Positions 1-10,595 of a stretch of DNA of 64,000 nt are shown here, piece by piece; position 1 is the first letter of the stretch, and each line of letters starts with the position of its first letter. The stretch spans positions 14,151 through 78,150 of IMG/VR virus record IMGVR_UViG_3300030103_005573. One strand, given 5' to 3'. The notes under the pieces are model-generated. The model worked only from the letters and a program-made list of their open reading frames with translations, was not told the origin of the DNA and ran no database searches. The position numbers and the translations under genes were made by a program. Source of the stretch: a virus.

Positions 1-3000
1 CTGCACCTGTTGGCACATCTTTAATATACATATAAACACCCTCACCCTCATCAGGTGTTGAGCCATATTGGTGCCACATACCTTGAGCAGAACTTGTGAA
101 TTCTGATGGATTTACAGAAGAAGAGAAGTCATAATCTACCGCTATACTTGCTGGCGTTGAGGGAGAGGCATCTACACCTCCAGCAAAATCAGTTGTATTT
201 ATAATAGCTGAAGATTTTGCTGTACCAGTTATGACCTTGGTATTCATAGCGGTACCATTGACACTAGACACTATTCCAATTATTGCGCTTAGGCTACTGG
301 GTCTAGACGCTATTACATCAATTTCTCCGTTAGAGGTGCAAAGCTGAATCGCATCCTCAATACGTGACGCTAGAACTGCGTTGCTACCCAATGAATTGAT
401 ACCAACAACATAATTTGTCGCTGAAGCCCTTGAGGGAGAAGAGGTACTATTGTCAAACTCAAAAGTAACTGCTGTTGTATTTGTTGTAATTATAATAGTC
501 ATACCAGAAGCAGCGGAACCATGATCTATTGCTGTAATAGTTGCGGATGCAGCAGCGGCGGATACGGCTTCTGCGGCAGGTGTTCTTATGATATTTGGGA
601 AATCAAGGATTGGGCTTTCCCACTTGGGCATTATTGTCCACTTGTTTGGGTCTGCTGACCTGTAAGAAGATCCTGCCGAGGTTGGAAACTCGTTGCCTAT
701 ATTTATAGAGGCGTCGATATCCATTCTATTAAGCCAAGCACGATTCCACTTATAGGTAGGAGTTGTATTTGTTTCTATCGTATTTCCGTAAGAGTCAATA
801 AAGGAACCCGATGTCGCATCGTAATAACTACCGCTCTCATTCAAGAAGTCTACAAAAACCTCGCCACGGTCATTATTTAAAATTTCTTCTAGCGTATATT
901 CTTGTTTGTCCCCAGTAGGCATAAATGTAATGCGAGCCAAAGAGGGTCCGTAATAATATGGCGGTGTAAACGGTGCAAATTCACCACGATGCTTGGGCCA
1001 TGATGATCCAGATGGTGTCCAAGACCCAGACCCAGCAGCAATCTCCCAAGGTTGTAATATATAACTTGTATTAGTTGCTGGGCCAAAGGCTGCTGGGTTA
1101 CTGTACATGTTAAACTGGTTTGTTTTCATTAATCCAATCTCCATCATGTACGCTTTTGATGAATCAACAGTTACCGTGCGAGCAGCGGCTGTAACCTCTT
1201 GAGAACCCTTCGAAGGGCTACCAAATTGAGATACAAACTTTGTAAGTTTTCCAGGCGAGCCAAATTTATTTTGTTTTGTTTTTAAGAAAAATTGTGGAAC
1301 ATTGGCAAGGAAATTGGATACTGCCTTCTTATAAAGATTGTTAGAATCTACCTGACCTTCTGTAAAAGATGCCGTAACATCTAGATGAAGAAAACTATTA
1401 ATATCAGACATAACCGTTGCTAACGACCCGGTTGTTGTATCTAAATCAGCAGTTAGGTAATCCTCTGGAGCTAGAATAGATTCAAAAGGTAATCTATCCG
1501 CCCAGAAAAGAGCGTTGACGTCTGGGTCTGTCCAATCAAAATTCTCTCTGTTTCTTCTAGAGTTTCCTGGTATTGTACCTGAAACATTGGCTGTTCCTGT
1601 TAATTCGCCATACAGACCCCCAAACAATGGATAACCTATTTTATATCCTGGAAACGTGCCATCACCAGCGGCTGATGTTGATTCCTTCTTGTCGTATTGT
1701 CCAGTGTTTCTTGTTACTCGACGAATTGGAAAATCAACTGCCACACCTGACTTAATAGAGTTATACATGATGCCTGGGGCGAAATATGGTCGTAACATAG
1801 TTCGCCACTGGCTAGCTTGCCCGGCTCCCGAGCCTGCAAATTTTGTGACTGTTCCATATGATTGGGAGAAAAGTGTTGATATCTCAAGAGTTCTATTCAT
1901 TGGATAAAAACTATCATAAGGCAATATCTTCATAATTACATCAGAACTTATCTCAAAATGTCGAGGGTAATCATTGAAAATATAATTAACATCTCCCTTA
2001 TCATAGGACATGAAATCAGACAAAAATTCTATGTTATCCGTAGTAGCATATCTTGTATAGAAGTCTGTATTTGTTCCATCAAAATTATTTACATTTGCTC
2101 CCGTTATCTCTAACGAAGATGAAATTGCAGTAAATAAAGTTCGATTAGTTTTAAATTCAGAAATATGTTCACTTATACGGTATTCTGGGATAATTGTATG
2201 TGCCTTGCCTTTAAGCCTTAACTCACTTACCCACTCGTCATAATTATTATAAAATGGGTAAACCCTTTCAGCAAGACCGCCCTTGTTTTGTCCATCCACG
2301 AATATACGCTCAGAAGCAGCAGTCCATGCAGGGCGAGAAAAAGCTCCACCAGGAATGCGTGGCTCACAATTCGTATTGGTAGAAGCAACTGTACCAGTTT
2401 CAAAAGCAATACTATAAACATATTGTGAACTTACTATTGATGTAGAATCATAAGAACTTGTTCCGGCGTTATTAGATGGTGTAGAATCTGTAACAGAATC
2501 AATTACTGTACCATAATGAACGCTCATTAACTCACCACAAGCAGTAGTAGACTGTCCAGCAAGAATAACAGACGCAGATAATGATCCTGTTTCAAAAGTT
2601 GACTGAGCATAGGTATTAGATAAGTCAGACCATAGATAAGAATCCATAGGCCATATAGAAGCAGACCCTGGTCCTGTTAACTTTGGAGTGAAAGCGTTTT
2701 TTAGATTGTACGGTGTTTGGTCGCCAAGTTGGACTACAAATCCTTGTGAGTTCGTAAAAGGAGATCTCAATCTTGGAACCTGCCTATTATCCCTATCCCT
2801 AATTGTTGGTACATAAAAAAGAGTATCAAAATTAGGATAGAAAGTTGTTACGGTTTCAATATCCGCATCATTTTTCCAAAATGAATTTGCAAAAGATAGA
2901 CGAGCACGACTCCCTGAAAGATAGGTATTTATCTCTTTTGGGAAAATTGTTTCACCATAAGCAAACATTTTTATTATGTTAACACCATTTAGAGCACGAG

Positions 3001-5407
3001 ATGTGTCACTATTTAGTTGTTCTCGTAATACCTCATATGGTCGCTTAACTTTATTATGAGACGCTTTAATATTGCCAATAAGTTGCCTGTTAAGTTCTCG
3101 GTTAGCAAAACCCATCAAAGAGTTTCCATAACTGTACTGTAAATTTAGTGTCGTTTTGTTACTTGAGTCTTTTGCTGGAGTTCCAACAATTGTTTCAATT
3201 TGATGTACTAACGGAATATAACGAGATGTTACTGGGGGCTCTGTAAATCTCTGAGAGTAATAGTTTATTATTGTATTACCTGCTTGATCAGTAGATGTGC
3301 GACTTTGCGTTGCAACATCATTATCAACACCATTCCTAGTTAGGCGCTCTTCCGGGAGTAATTCATAGATATTATTATTTCTTAAATAAGTTGCCCCATT
3401 TTGATACCTTGATTGAAGTTGTGCCCATGGAGCTGTGTATGGATTTGAGGACCAAACATAATATTGATTACCATCAATCCAGGTAAAATCGCCCGTTCCC
3501 GCATTAAAGGAACTGGGAATACCTGTGCTAAGATTTGTTTTTGATAGAATAATATTCTCTGGGTATCTTGACCTTGCAAGTACATAATTGTTATATGTTT
3601 TTGAGTCAGAGCCGGAAAGAGCAAAAAACCACTGCGTACTATCTCCTGCTGGTATTGGTCTTGTTACAAAGTAGGCATCATATATTGTCCCTGTTATAAA
3701 TGTATTATTTGAGGGTATCACTCGTTGAGTTTGATTTCTCTGTGTTTTATTTACTGATGCTATTGTTGTACTACCTGATACAAAACCTCCGAATTCTGTG
3801 TGTGTAGACAATCTCTTGATAAATGGGTTGCGAACAGGTAAATTCCTAAAAGGGAGAGCACTGTTAGATGAGAACTGATCAGAAGTTACATCACGAAACT
3901 GTTGCTTAGAGTCAACCTTAGCGCCCGGTGATGAAAAACGATTTACAATAATAGTCTCATTTGTTTTCCTCGAAGCTATTTGTCGAGGTGATGGGAAATC
4001 TGCTGACCCTGTTAATCCTAGTGCTCTGCGAGAGGGAGTTGTTAAAAAAGCACTTGGCGTTTGATAATTATAATTTTCAGTATTGAATGCCAGGTCCATG
4101 TTAGTTGCAGACCTGTCTGAAGTCTGAACTATTTCATATCTCTTCTGAAAATTACCTACCACACGAACGCTGTTAGATATAAATAAAGTTTGTATATTAT
4201 CAATATTTACAGGGGCTTTAGCTGCTTGACCTCGCAAATAATGACCCCTTGGATTATTTCCAGAAACTTTATTAATGGCAGCAGAAGGTGATTTACCGCC
4301 AGCAAAAGCAGAAGTAGACCCAAAAGAACTAGCGATAAGACTTCCTGCAAATAAAACCCCATTCACTGAAGGTCCTGGAATTGTAGTAGTAACAACAATC
4401 ACTGCGCCAAGATTGTAAGCAGTAACACGTAGATTCTGATCGGTAGCACTGGCGTTTATACTTGTTACCAAAGAAGATGCCACATCTGTAACACTAGCAG
4501 CATCTTTTACGCCCGTAACACTATCAGTACTCTCATCCATATCGGCAGTATTATCTAAGTCAGTCTCAAAATTAACACCACCCAAACTCAAAGTTACGTT
4601 TTTACCGTTATAATTTGAGGTGGCAAAGGATCCACCACCGATGCTAATTGTTATTGTGGCTATGGCAAAACCTCCATCCAATGATAAAGAAAATTGCTCT
4701 TTTCTCTCATTAGTTTGTAATAAGGCATTGTGTCGAGACTGGATTCCTCCAACATACCTCTGCGTGAAAGGACCTTGCATTGGTACCTCACCGCCGTAAG
4801 GCTGTATTTTATCATCATGTAAATTTGCAAAATCTAAATTTGGAAAACCGAAAGATGTTAATTTTGCTTGATATCCTGAACTCACACTGGAACTAAAGGC
4901 ACTAAAAGGCAGTACTTGTTCTCCAGTAAAAGTTTTGCCGTCAAGAACTGCTTTAACTGTAGCACGTTTTTTAATCCCTGGAAATAACTCATCATTTATA
5001 TCGAGATATTCCTCAAATTCACTAAAGACAATATTGTTGGCAAACCTTTTCTTGTTTAAAGGTTGATTACTCCCACCTTTAATGGAATTATCCATCTCAA
5101 GATTAAAAGAAGAAATTCTTTCCCTATCTAAATTTCTTTGTACTTGCACCTTTACAGATTGGTTAGTATAAAGATTATTAATGTTAAAGGATGAAGATAA
5201 AGGGGAATCATATCTGTTTGCGGAATTCTTCCACCAATTATAATTGTTTTTTTGATTCAGTCCGATCGGCGCATGATTATGCTTCCATCCCTTTGATCCC
5301 TGGAGTCTTTGCTGTAGAGTACTTCTTTGATTTGACCCTCCAATAATTCTTTTAGAACTCTGTGGGGGAGCCGTATCTACAGTTATTTTATTTGCGTTTC
5401 TAACCAT
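1..5407 (-). CDS. Very large virion structural (baseplate/tail) protein, >1800 aa, 3' end runs off the window
   Basis: ATG at 5407 (MVRNANKITVDTAPPQSS...). It is absent from the ORF track, consistent with no stop before position 1; I translated the first ~550 aa and the last ~200 aa by hand, not all of it. Ser/Thr/Gly/Asn-rich and follows the baseplate genes. Confidence 0.8.
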   Translation of the reverse strand, partial: MVRNANKITVDTAPPQSSKRIIGGSNQRSTLQQRLQGSKGWKHNHAPIGLNQKNNYNWWKNSANRYDSPLSSSFNINNLYTNQSVKVQVQRNLDRERISSFNLEMDNSIKGGSNQPLNKKRFANNIVFSEFEEYLDINDELFPGIKKRATVKAVLDGKTFTGEQVLPFSAFSSSVSSGYQAKLTSFGFPNLDFANLHDDKIQPYGGEVPMQGPFTQRYVGGIQSRHNALLQTNERKEQFSLSLDGGFAIATITISIGGGSFATSNYNGKNVTLSLGGVNFETDLDNTADMDESTDSVTGVKDAASVTDVASSLVTSINASATDQNLRVTAYNLGAVIVVTTTIPGPSVNGVLFAGSLIASSFGSTSAFAGGKSPSAAINKVSGNNPRGHYLRGQAAKAPVNIDNIQTLFISNSVRVVGNFQKRYEIVQTSDRSATNMDLAFNTENYNYQTPSAFLTTPSRRALGLTGSADFPSPRQIASRKTNETIIVNRFSSPGAKVDSKQQFRDVTSDQFSSNSALPFRNLPVRNPFIKRLSTHTEFGGFVSGSTTIASVNKTQRNQTQRVIPSNNTFITGTIYDAYFVTRPIPAGDSTQWFFALSGSDSKTYNNYVLARSRYPENIILSKTNLSTGIPSSFNAGTGDFTWIDGNQYYVWSSNPYTAPWAQLQSRYQNGATYLRNNNIYELLPEERLTRNGVDNDVATQSRTSTDQAGNTIINYYSQRFTEPPVTSRYIPLVHQIETIVGTPAKDSSNKTTLNLQYSYGNSLMGFANRELNRQLIGNIKASHNKVKRPYEVLREQLNSDTSRALNGVNIIKMFAYGETIFPKEINTYLSGSRARLSFANSFWKNDADIETVTTFYPNFDTLFYVPTIRDRDNRQVPRLRSPFTNSQGFVVQLGDQTPYNLKNAFTPKLTGPGSASIWPMDSYLWSDLSNTYAQSTFETGSLSASVILAGQSTTACGELMSVHYGTVIDSVTDSTPSNNAGTSSYDSTSIVSSQYVYSIAFETGTVASTNTNCEPRIPGGAFSRPAWTAASERIFVDGQNKGGLAERVYPFYNNYDEWVSELRLKGKAHTIIPEYRISEHISEFKTNRTLFTAISSSLEITGANVNNFDGTNTDFYTRYATTDNIEFLSDFMSYDKGDVNYIFNDYPRHFEISSDVIMKILPYDSFYPMNRTLEISTLFSQSYGTVTKFAGSGAGQASQWRTMLRPYFAPGIMYNSIKSGVAVDFPIRRVTRNTGQYDKKESTSAAGDGTFPGYKIGYPLFGGLYGELTGTANVSGTIPGNSRRNRENFDWTDPDVNALFWADRLPFESILAPEDYLTADLDTTTGSLATVMSDINSFLHLDVTASFTEGQVDSNNLYKKAVSNFLANVPQFFLKTKQNKFGSPGKLTKFVSQFGSPSKGSQEVTAAARTVTVDSSKAYMMEIGLMKTNQFNMYSNPAAFGPATNTSYILQPWEIAAGSGSWTPSGSSWPKHRGEFAPFTPPYYYGPSLARITFMPTGDKQEYTLEEILNNDRGEVFVDFLNESGSYYDATSGSFIDSYGNTIETNTTPTYKWNRAWLNRMDIDASINIGNEFPTSAGSSYRSADPNKWTIMPKWESPILDFPNIIRTPAAEAVSAAAASATITAIDHGSAASGMTIIITTNTTAVTFEFDNSTSSPSRASATNYVVGINSLGSNAVLASRIEDAIQLCTSNGEIDVIASRPSSLSAIIGIVSSVNGTAMNTKVITGTAKSSAIINTTDFAGGVDASPSTPASIAVDYDFSSSVNPSEFTSSAQGMWHQYGSTPDEGEGVYMYIKDVPTGA

Positions 5408-5432
5408 TTAATAATTAGTCTCTTTTAATCAA

Positions 5433-8400
5433 TTATGGAAAGTCTCGGAAAATTCTATCAAGCACATAATTTTGTGTCCAGTTTGAGAATCTTCTTAGTT
5501 CTTCCTGTTGCACTATTGGTTCTATAGGTATAAGTGTTTCTGGGTTTATTCTTTCGCTTATACCTGGTAAAAAGTTTGGATTAGGTTGAGGAGGTTGTAA
5601 TGGCGGGATTGGAGTGTCAGAGCCTGCCCCTGGAACTCCAAGCTCTATTGTTGGGCCTCCTGCTGATCCTTCGATTACATTTTGTGGAGTTGCTGTGTTT
5701 TCGCCAGGAACTTTTAATAGTGGTGGTTGATATTTTATTTTATTTCTTTCTAAACTATGACTCTCAACTATATTTCTTACGTTTTCTGCATATCTAGCAG
5801 AAAATGGCATAAGTTGATCAAGCATTTGAGTTACGGCTGAATCTAGCCATTTATAATAGTCAAGATACTTTTGTAAGTCTACTATATCGTTCTGTACCTT
5901 GCGGAAAAATATTTCTCTTAGCTTTTCCATTTGTTTATAATTTAATCTATATTTGTTTACTGGTTCGCCGATTAAGTTATTAAAATCTTTAATAGAAGCA
6001 AACAAATGAAGCATACGGCTAGAAATACTACGATACATGCTCTTTTCTATAGCATAAAAACTACTAGAAGGTTTTTTGAAAGTACCAAAAACTCTATCGT
6101 CTGCTGATAAAACTTGCACAACATCAGTGTAGGCAAGATACTCTGGTGATACTAAACTATTAGAATAAACATATTGCTTTCTTGCTGGAGATGCATATGC
6201 TGTAAAGAAATCGCCCCGTCCAGTATGTTGTCTTAAGTTAATATTACTAAGTGTATCTCCTTGATATGTAGCTTCATAACTACTATCATTTAACCCATGA
6301 GAAGAGTCTTGGACAATGAAGCGACCGCTTGCGTTAGATCCTGTAACTTTTGTAAATTCCCAATTAAGCGCTAAAGTTTGTATGTTAGGTATATAAACGC
6401 CTGCGCTAGCTGTTTGGAACAAATAAGAATTTCTAGATGGATGCAAGGTGCCGTGGGTATCCACTTCTCTTGCCTGGATATCAAGAACTTCTGGTGGTAG
6501 AAAATCTGTCCAATATCTTGTGCTTGATGCTCGGACATCAGTAGAAGTTAGTGTACTTCCGGTAAAATTTGTCTTGTGTGCACCAATATATATTCTTTTA
6601 GCTGAATTTATGATTGATGAACCAGAAGTATAACTTAAATCTGACACTACATTGAAATAATTTTGCTTCTGACCTGTATTGAAATTGACGCCATATAATC
6701 CCAGTTCATAACCAGTGGACGATACCGAAGAACTTAGAATTGAATTAGAGAAGGGATAACGTTTTGGTTTAAGAGTTAAAGAAAGGTTCCACCTCTCATT
6801 ATCGTAAACATTCCTAAAAACACTCGAAGTCAGCAACGTATTTCCCGTGCGATCTTTAACTATAAAATATGCGTCCTTAACTTTGTTCAAGGGGGATATA
6901 ATTTCTGAAAATTGTCCTGGTTTTTTTACTGCATATACTTGTAAACCATAATCGTTAGCAGCCGATTGCCAAGTCAGATCTGTTGATGTAGGGTCAGTAT
7001 CAAGAGGCGTGTGAAAACCAAATAGAGAAGAACTAACCACATTTGGCACAAGATAAGGAAGTGTGTCCTCGTTTTCTTTGCTTGGGAACACAAACTCAGA
7101 TTGCACGGAAAAAGAATACTCATCAAGTTGGTCTGATCCGCTTATGAGTCCAACAGAATTAACATTAGTAGAATCATAATATTGATATACTGTTGCCTCA
7201 CCATCTGTCTGATTCAGAAGAGATGTAAAATCGATATATTTCTTATGACTAACTGTTGTAATATAACTACTTGTTAATTCATAATCAGCGTCATCTGAAT
7301 ACGCATTAAATGCTAATACCTCTTCACCAACACCAAGACACCTAATAAAATTTCTTATTGATTTTTCATTACCTTTTGATTTCAGTATGAAATTAAGATT
7401 GTTATAAATGTTCTTATAAATAGAATTTTTGATATCTACTAGGTGCTGATCGAAATTAATCTGCTCATCTCTCTGTAAAAATTGTGCTAATAGTCCAGAG
7501 TTCTCGAATAGTTCAGGTGCTGTAACACCAAGATTATCTACTAGGCGATCATTAAACGGAAACTCGTCTATTGATTCAGTCAAGCTTCCACTAATATAGT
7601 TGTTGTACTTCAGTTCCTTAAGATAAGTAAGCTGATTATAAAGTGTATCAAAATATCCAGAGATTATCTGTGTTAGGGCAACAATCTCGTTATTACTGGC
7701 TTCTTCTGCCTCAACTACCCAAGTTGGAAGGTTATTTATAAGACGAGAGCTATTATTAAAATCATAATTTGACCCGCTCAGTTGATATTCATTTTTAGTT
7801 GAAATATAGTCCGGGTGGTTAGTTCTTATTATTGGCTCGCCACGTTCCGTGATAGATTGAATAGATAATTGATTTATGGCAGATCCCGTGTTTCTGGGGT
7901 ATGGTAGAGCCGAAGAATAACCAACATAGTTCCCATTTGATACCCTACCTGAATAATCTAGTATAATAGCATCAACTGAATTATTCCCTGTGATACCTTC
8001 ATTAAATTTAAAATAAACTCCCAAGGAAACATTAGCGTCATATTTATCGCTACCTCCCTCAACATTGGTAAACCAATTTCTGCCAATTTGTTCAGAATCC
8101 CTGGACGCTTTCCAGAATCTAAATTCATCAAATGATGCTGATAATTTACCAGAACCTTCTGCTAACCCTAATCCCCCAAAGCCTTCTGGGGATTCCCTTA
8201 ACCCTCCGAGGTTGGCTATCATAGTTCCTGTCACCTGCCCAATAGCACCAGACCCAGTAACACCTGTTTCAACACATTCACCGTTTACAAACAAATCCAT
8301 CGTAGGAGAACTTCCAGATGTGTTAAATCTAAATGAAAAATTTCTCCAGGTTGCATCGGAAATTGTTATTTGACCTGGAGTTGTTGGTATAGCAGTCTCT

Positions 8401-9113
8401 GTAAATCCATTCGTGCCCGATAACATTGTCACAAAAAACTGTGTTTCTGATCCTGAATGTAATGCTATCCTAAATCTTCCGTAATTATCACTAGATGAAT
8501 TTGCTACTGGGGTGCCGTTGGTTAGATCAATAATCGCCATCTTTCTAGATTCAGCAACTGTGTTTAAATTATCTTTCTTTAGAAAAAACTCAACTGTTGT
8601 CCCGCTGGTGCCGCCAAATTCTAGATTAGATGTCCTACCCTTAGATTCATCAAATTTTGTGCTTTTGTGAGGACCACCTTTAACTTGAATATATGTTGGT
8701 GTAGTTGGTGAGTCATAAAATGATGCATTTGTTGAGGAAAGTTTATAAGGGTAGCCTATAAATATATACCCAGTGCTTCTGGGGTATATTGTTTCTAAAG
8801 TATACTTTTCCAAAGGGTTTATATTATTGAAAAAGTCTGTCTTTTCCAAACCCGAACCATCATAAGGGTAATCGCTAGCAATAAATTCAAAAGCATTTTT
8901 ATAATACTCAAAAGCAGATCCAAACCTTACAAAGTTTTCTGGTTTTGAGTAATCTATAGGTGGAAGAAAATATTCATTCCTATCTGTAAGGGCCTTTAGA
9001 TGATCACTAGATTCTATACCATCGCCCAAAGTATTGGGCGCACTACTTTTTAAATATTTGTTTACCGTAGTGCCTTCTTTGTTATTTTGATATAGACTTT
9101 TTAAGCTGCTCAT
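5433..9113 (-). CDS. Large baseplate wedge-associated protein with a LamG/concanavalin-like domain
   Basis: 1226 aa with LamG-like signature (TVEFFLK...SFDEFRFWK...YFKFNEG) and a wedge-like ILKSKGNEKSIRNFIRCLG segment; lies in the gp6/gp25 block. Confidence 0.6.
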   Translation of the reverse strand: MSSLKSLYQNNKEGTTVNKYLKSSAPNTLGDGIESSDHLKALTDRNEYFLPPIDYSKPENFVRFGSAFEYYKNAFEFIASDYPYDGSGLEKTDFFNNINPLEKYTLETIYPRSTGYIFIGYPYKLSSTNASFYDSPTTPTYIQVKGGPHKSTKFDESKGRTSNLEFGGTSGTTVEFFLKKDNLNTVAESRKMAIIDLTNGTPVANSSSDNYGRFRIALHSGSETQFFVTMLSGTNGFTETAIPTTPGQITISDATWRNFSFRFNTSGSSPTMDLFVNGECVETGVTGSGAIGQVTGTMIANLGGLRESPEGFGGLGLAEGSGKLSASFDEFRFWKASRDSEQIGRNWFTNVEGGSDKYDANVSLGVYFKFNEGITGNNSVDAIILDYSGRVSNGNYVGYSSALPYPRNTGSAINQLSIQSITERGEPIIRTNHPDYISTKNEYQLSGSNYDFNNSSRLINNLPTWVVEAEEASNNEIVALTQIISGYFDTLYNQLTYLKELKYNNYISGSLTESIDEFPFNDRLVDNLGVTAPELFENSGLLAQFLQRDEQINFDQHLVDIKNSIYKNIYNNLNFILKSKGNEKSIRNFIRCLGVGEEVLAFNAYSDDADYELTSSYITTVSHKKYIDFTSLLNQTDGEATVYQYYDSTNVNSVGLISGSDQLDEYSFSVQSEFVFPSKENEDTLPYLVPNVVSSSLFGFHTPLDTDPTSTDLTWQSAANDYGLQVYAVKKPGQFSEIISPLNKVKDAYFIVKDRTGNTLLTSSVFRNVYDNERWNLSLTLKPKRYPFSNSILSSSVSSTGYELGLYGVNFNTGQKQNYFNVVSDLSYTSGSSIINSAKRIYIGAHKTNFTGSTLTSTDVRASSTRYWTDFLPPEVLDIQAREVDTHGTLHPSRNSYLFQTASAGVYIPNIQTLALNWEFTKVTGSNASGRFIVQDSSHGLNDSSYEATYQGDTLSNINLRQHTGRGDFFTAYASPARKQYVYSNSLVSPEYLAYTDVVQVLSADDRVFGTFKKPSSSFYAIEKSMYRSISSRMLHLFASIKDFNNLIGEPVNKYRLNYKQMEKLREIFFRKVQNDIVDLQKYLDYYKWLDSAVTQMLDQLMPFSARYAENVRNIVESHSLERNKIKYQPPLLKVPGENTATPQNVIEGSAGGPTIELGVPGAGSDTPIPPLQPPQPNPNFLPGISERINPETLIPIEPIVQQEELRRFSNWTQNYVLDRIFRDFP

Positions 9114-10594
9114 ACATCATCTTCTTCTATTTTAAATTTAAATACTTCTGATTGTTCTCTGTATTCACCTTGTAAATAGTAAGCAAACTTAATTCCATAC
9201 ATATATCCAGGCTCTAGACATGAAGTATCTAATTCAAAATAGTTCCCGCTCACGTCATATGATAAGCGAGTGAAGTTGTTGTTTGAACTTCCAGTTCCAA
9301 ATGGGATTATTTCTAAATTATCAATAGAACGGAAGATACGATAGTAAGCATCTTCTATGATTGTTGCCTCAACAGTAGATTTTGCAACCGTATATATATT
9401 AGGACTCCAATCCTTATCCCTAACAAACACACGGAGTTGTGGCTTCTGCCCTTTTTTGTAACTGTCTTTTAGATTAGTTATATTTGTTAGATATACAGTA
9501 TCATATAACAAATTGGACGTATCTACTGGAATTGGTTCGTATGATCCAGTGTGGTATTCTATTCTAGGAGCGGAACCTGTCCACCAAACATCGTAAACAC
9601 TTTCTAAAGAACTAGTAGAAGCAAACGAAGCAGTATAAACACCTGAAACTGTGTTTCCATTTTCTACTAAAAGTCCTGCGGTGACTGTATTAACAGAATT
9701 GCCGTCAGTATCTGTAATATAAAGAGGTGAACCAGTTGGAGCAGCGCTCCCAGAATAAAGTTCAACTTTTAGTTTGTTATTTGCTAATCCTGGAATGTTT
9801 GTTAATTGTCCCCTGATAACATTGTAGAGAAAAATAGTATTTAGATTATCTGTCGCAGGCGCTATACTGCTGCTTATATAAAAATTTCCTCTGTTATCTT
9901 TTCTACTAGAGTCCCAGCGAGCCTCAATTGTTGGTTGATAGTGATAAAATTCACTTGTTCTACCAAAAAATCTTTTAGTGTAAAAACTATCAGAACCAGA
10001 TACTATCGCATCAGGAAATCTAATAAGGAATCCATAATTATTTGTTGATCCTAACCACTTATATACCTGCTCAGAAACATCGACAGATATATTCTCCAAA
10101 CCAGTACTAAATGGTACAGTGACTGAAGTGTTGGGACCAGTTATTATAGATGAACCTGTCTCAGACCACGCCACTCCAGAGGATGCAGATATCCAGTTTG
10201 ACACTCCAAGATCTGAATAGTTGTCCATGTCTAGCCCTCGACCCTCAGACCAACTCTGAGACAACATATTCATCTGAAGGGTGAAGTCTTCCGGGGTTGA
10301 TGATCCGTGAGGTGCATTATAGAGGTTAAGATGGAACTTTATACTCCCTGTGTTTGCTGGAAGAATTCCACTGCTTATATCTGCCTGGATAGAATCTATG
10401 GGGAATTGGATTATAATCCTACTCTGCTCAGCATTTACAGCGCTAATTGAGGCTGAGGTTTGTCCATGGATAACAAAAGCTTCTAATATATCAGATGCGC
10501 CCATGTTTGATCCAGTTCCTCTTGTCAGAAGATCGCTCTTAAAAGCGTTTGTGATTGTATTATCTTTGTTTGAGTAGTATTTTTTTATGCCCAT
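9110..10594 (-). CDS. Virion structural protein (beta-rich, baseplate region)
   Basis: 494 aa, overlaps the next gene by 4 nt, Ser/Gly-rich, baseplate context. Confidence 0.55.
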   Translation of the reverse strand: MGIKKYYSNKDNTITNAFKSDLLTRGTGSNMGASDILEAFVIHGQTSASISAVNAEQSRIIIQFPIDSIQADISSGILPANTGSIKFHLNLYNAPHGSSTPEDFTLQMNMLSQSWSEGRGLDMDNYSDLGVSNWISASSGVAWSETGSSIITGPNTSVTVPFSTGLENISVDVSEQVYKWLGSTNNYGFLIRFPDAIVSGSDSFYTKRFFGRTSEFYHYQPTIEARWDSSRKDNRGNFYISSSIAPATDNLNTIFLYNVIRGQLTNIPGLANNKLKVELYSGSAAPTGSPLYITDTDGNSVNTVTAGLLVENGNTVSGVYTASFASTSSLESVYDVWWTGSAPRIEYHTGSYEPIPVDTSNLLYDTVYLTNITNLKDSYKKGQKPQLRVFVRDKDWSPNIYTVAKSTVEATIIEDAYYRIFRSIDNLEIIPFGTGSSNNNFTRLSYDVSGNYFELDTSCLEPGYMYGIKFAYYLQGEYREQSEVFKFKIEEDDV

Positions 10595-10595
10595 T

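Noticed and set aside
889-3624. Short ORFs listed in the track within the first 5.4 kb
   Set aside because: They lie in other frames or on the opposite strand of the long minus-strand gene starting at 5407.
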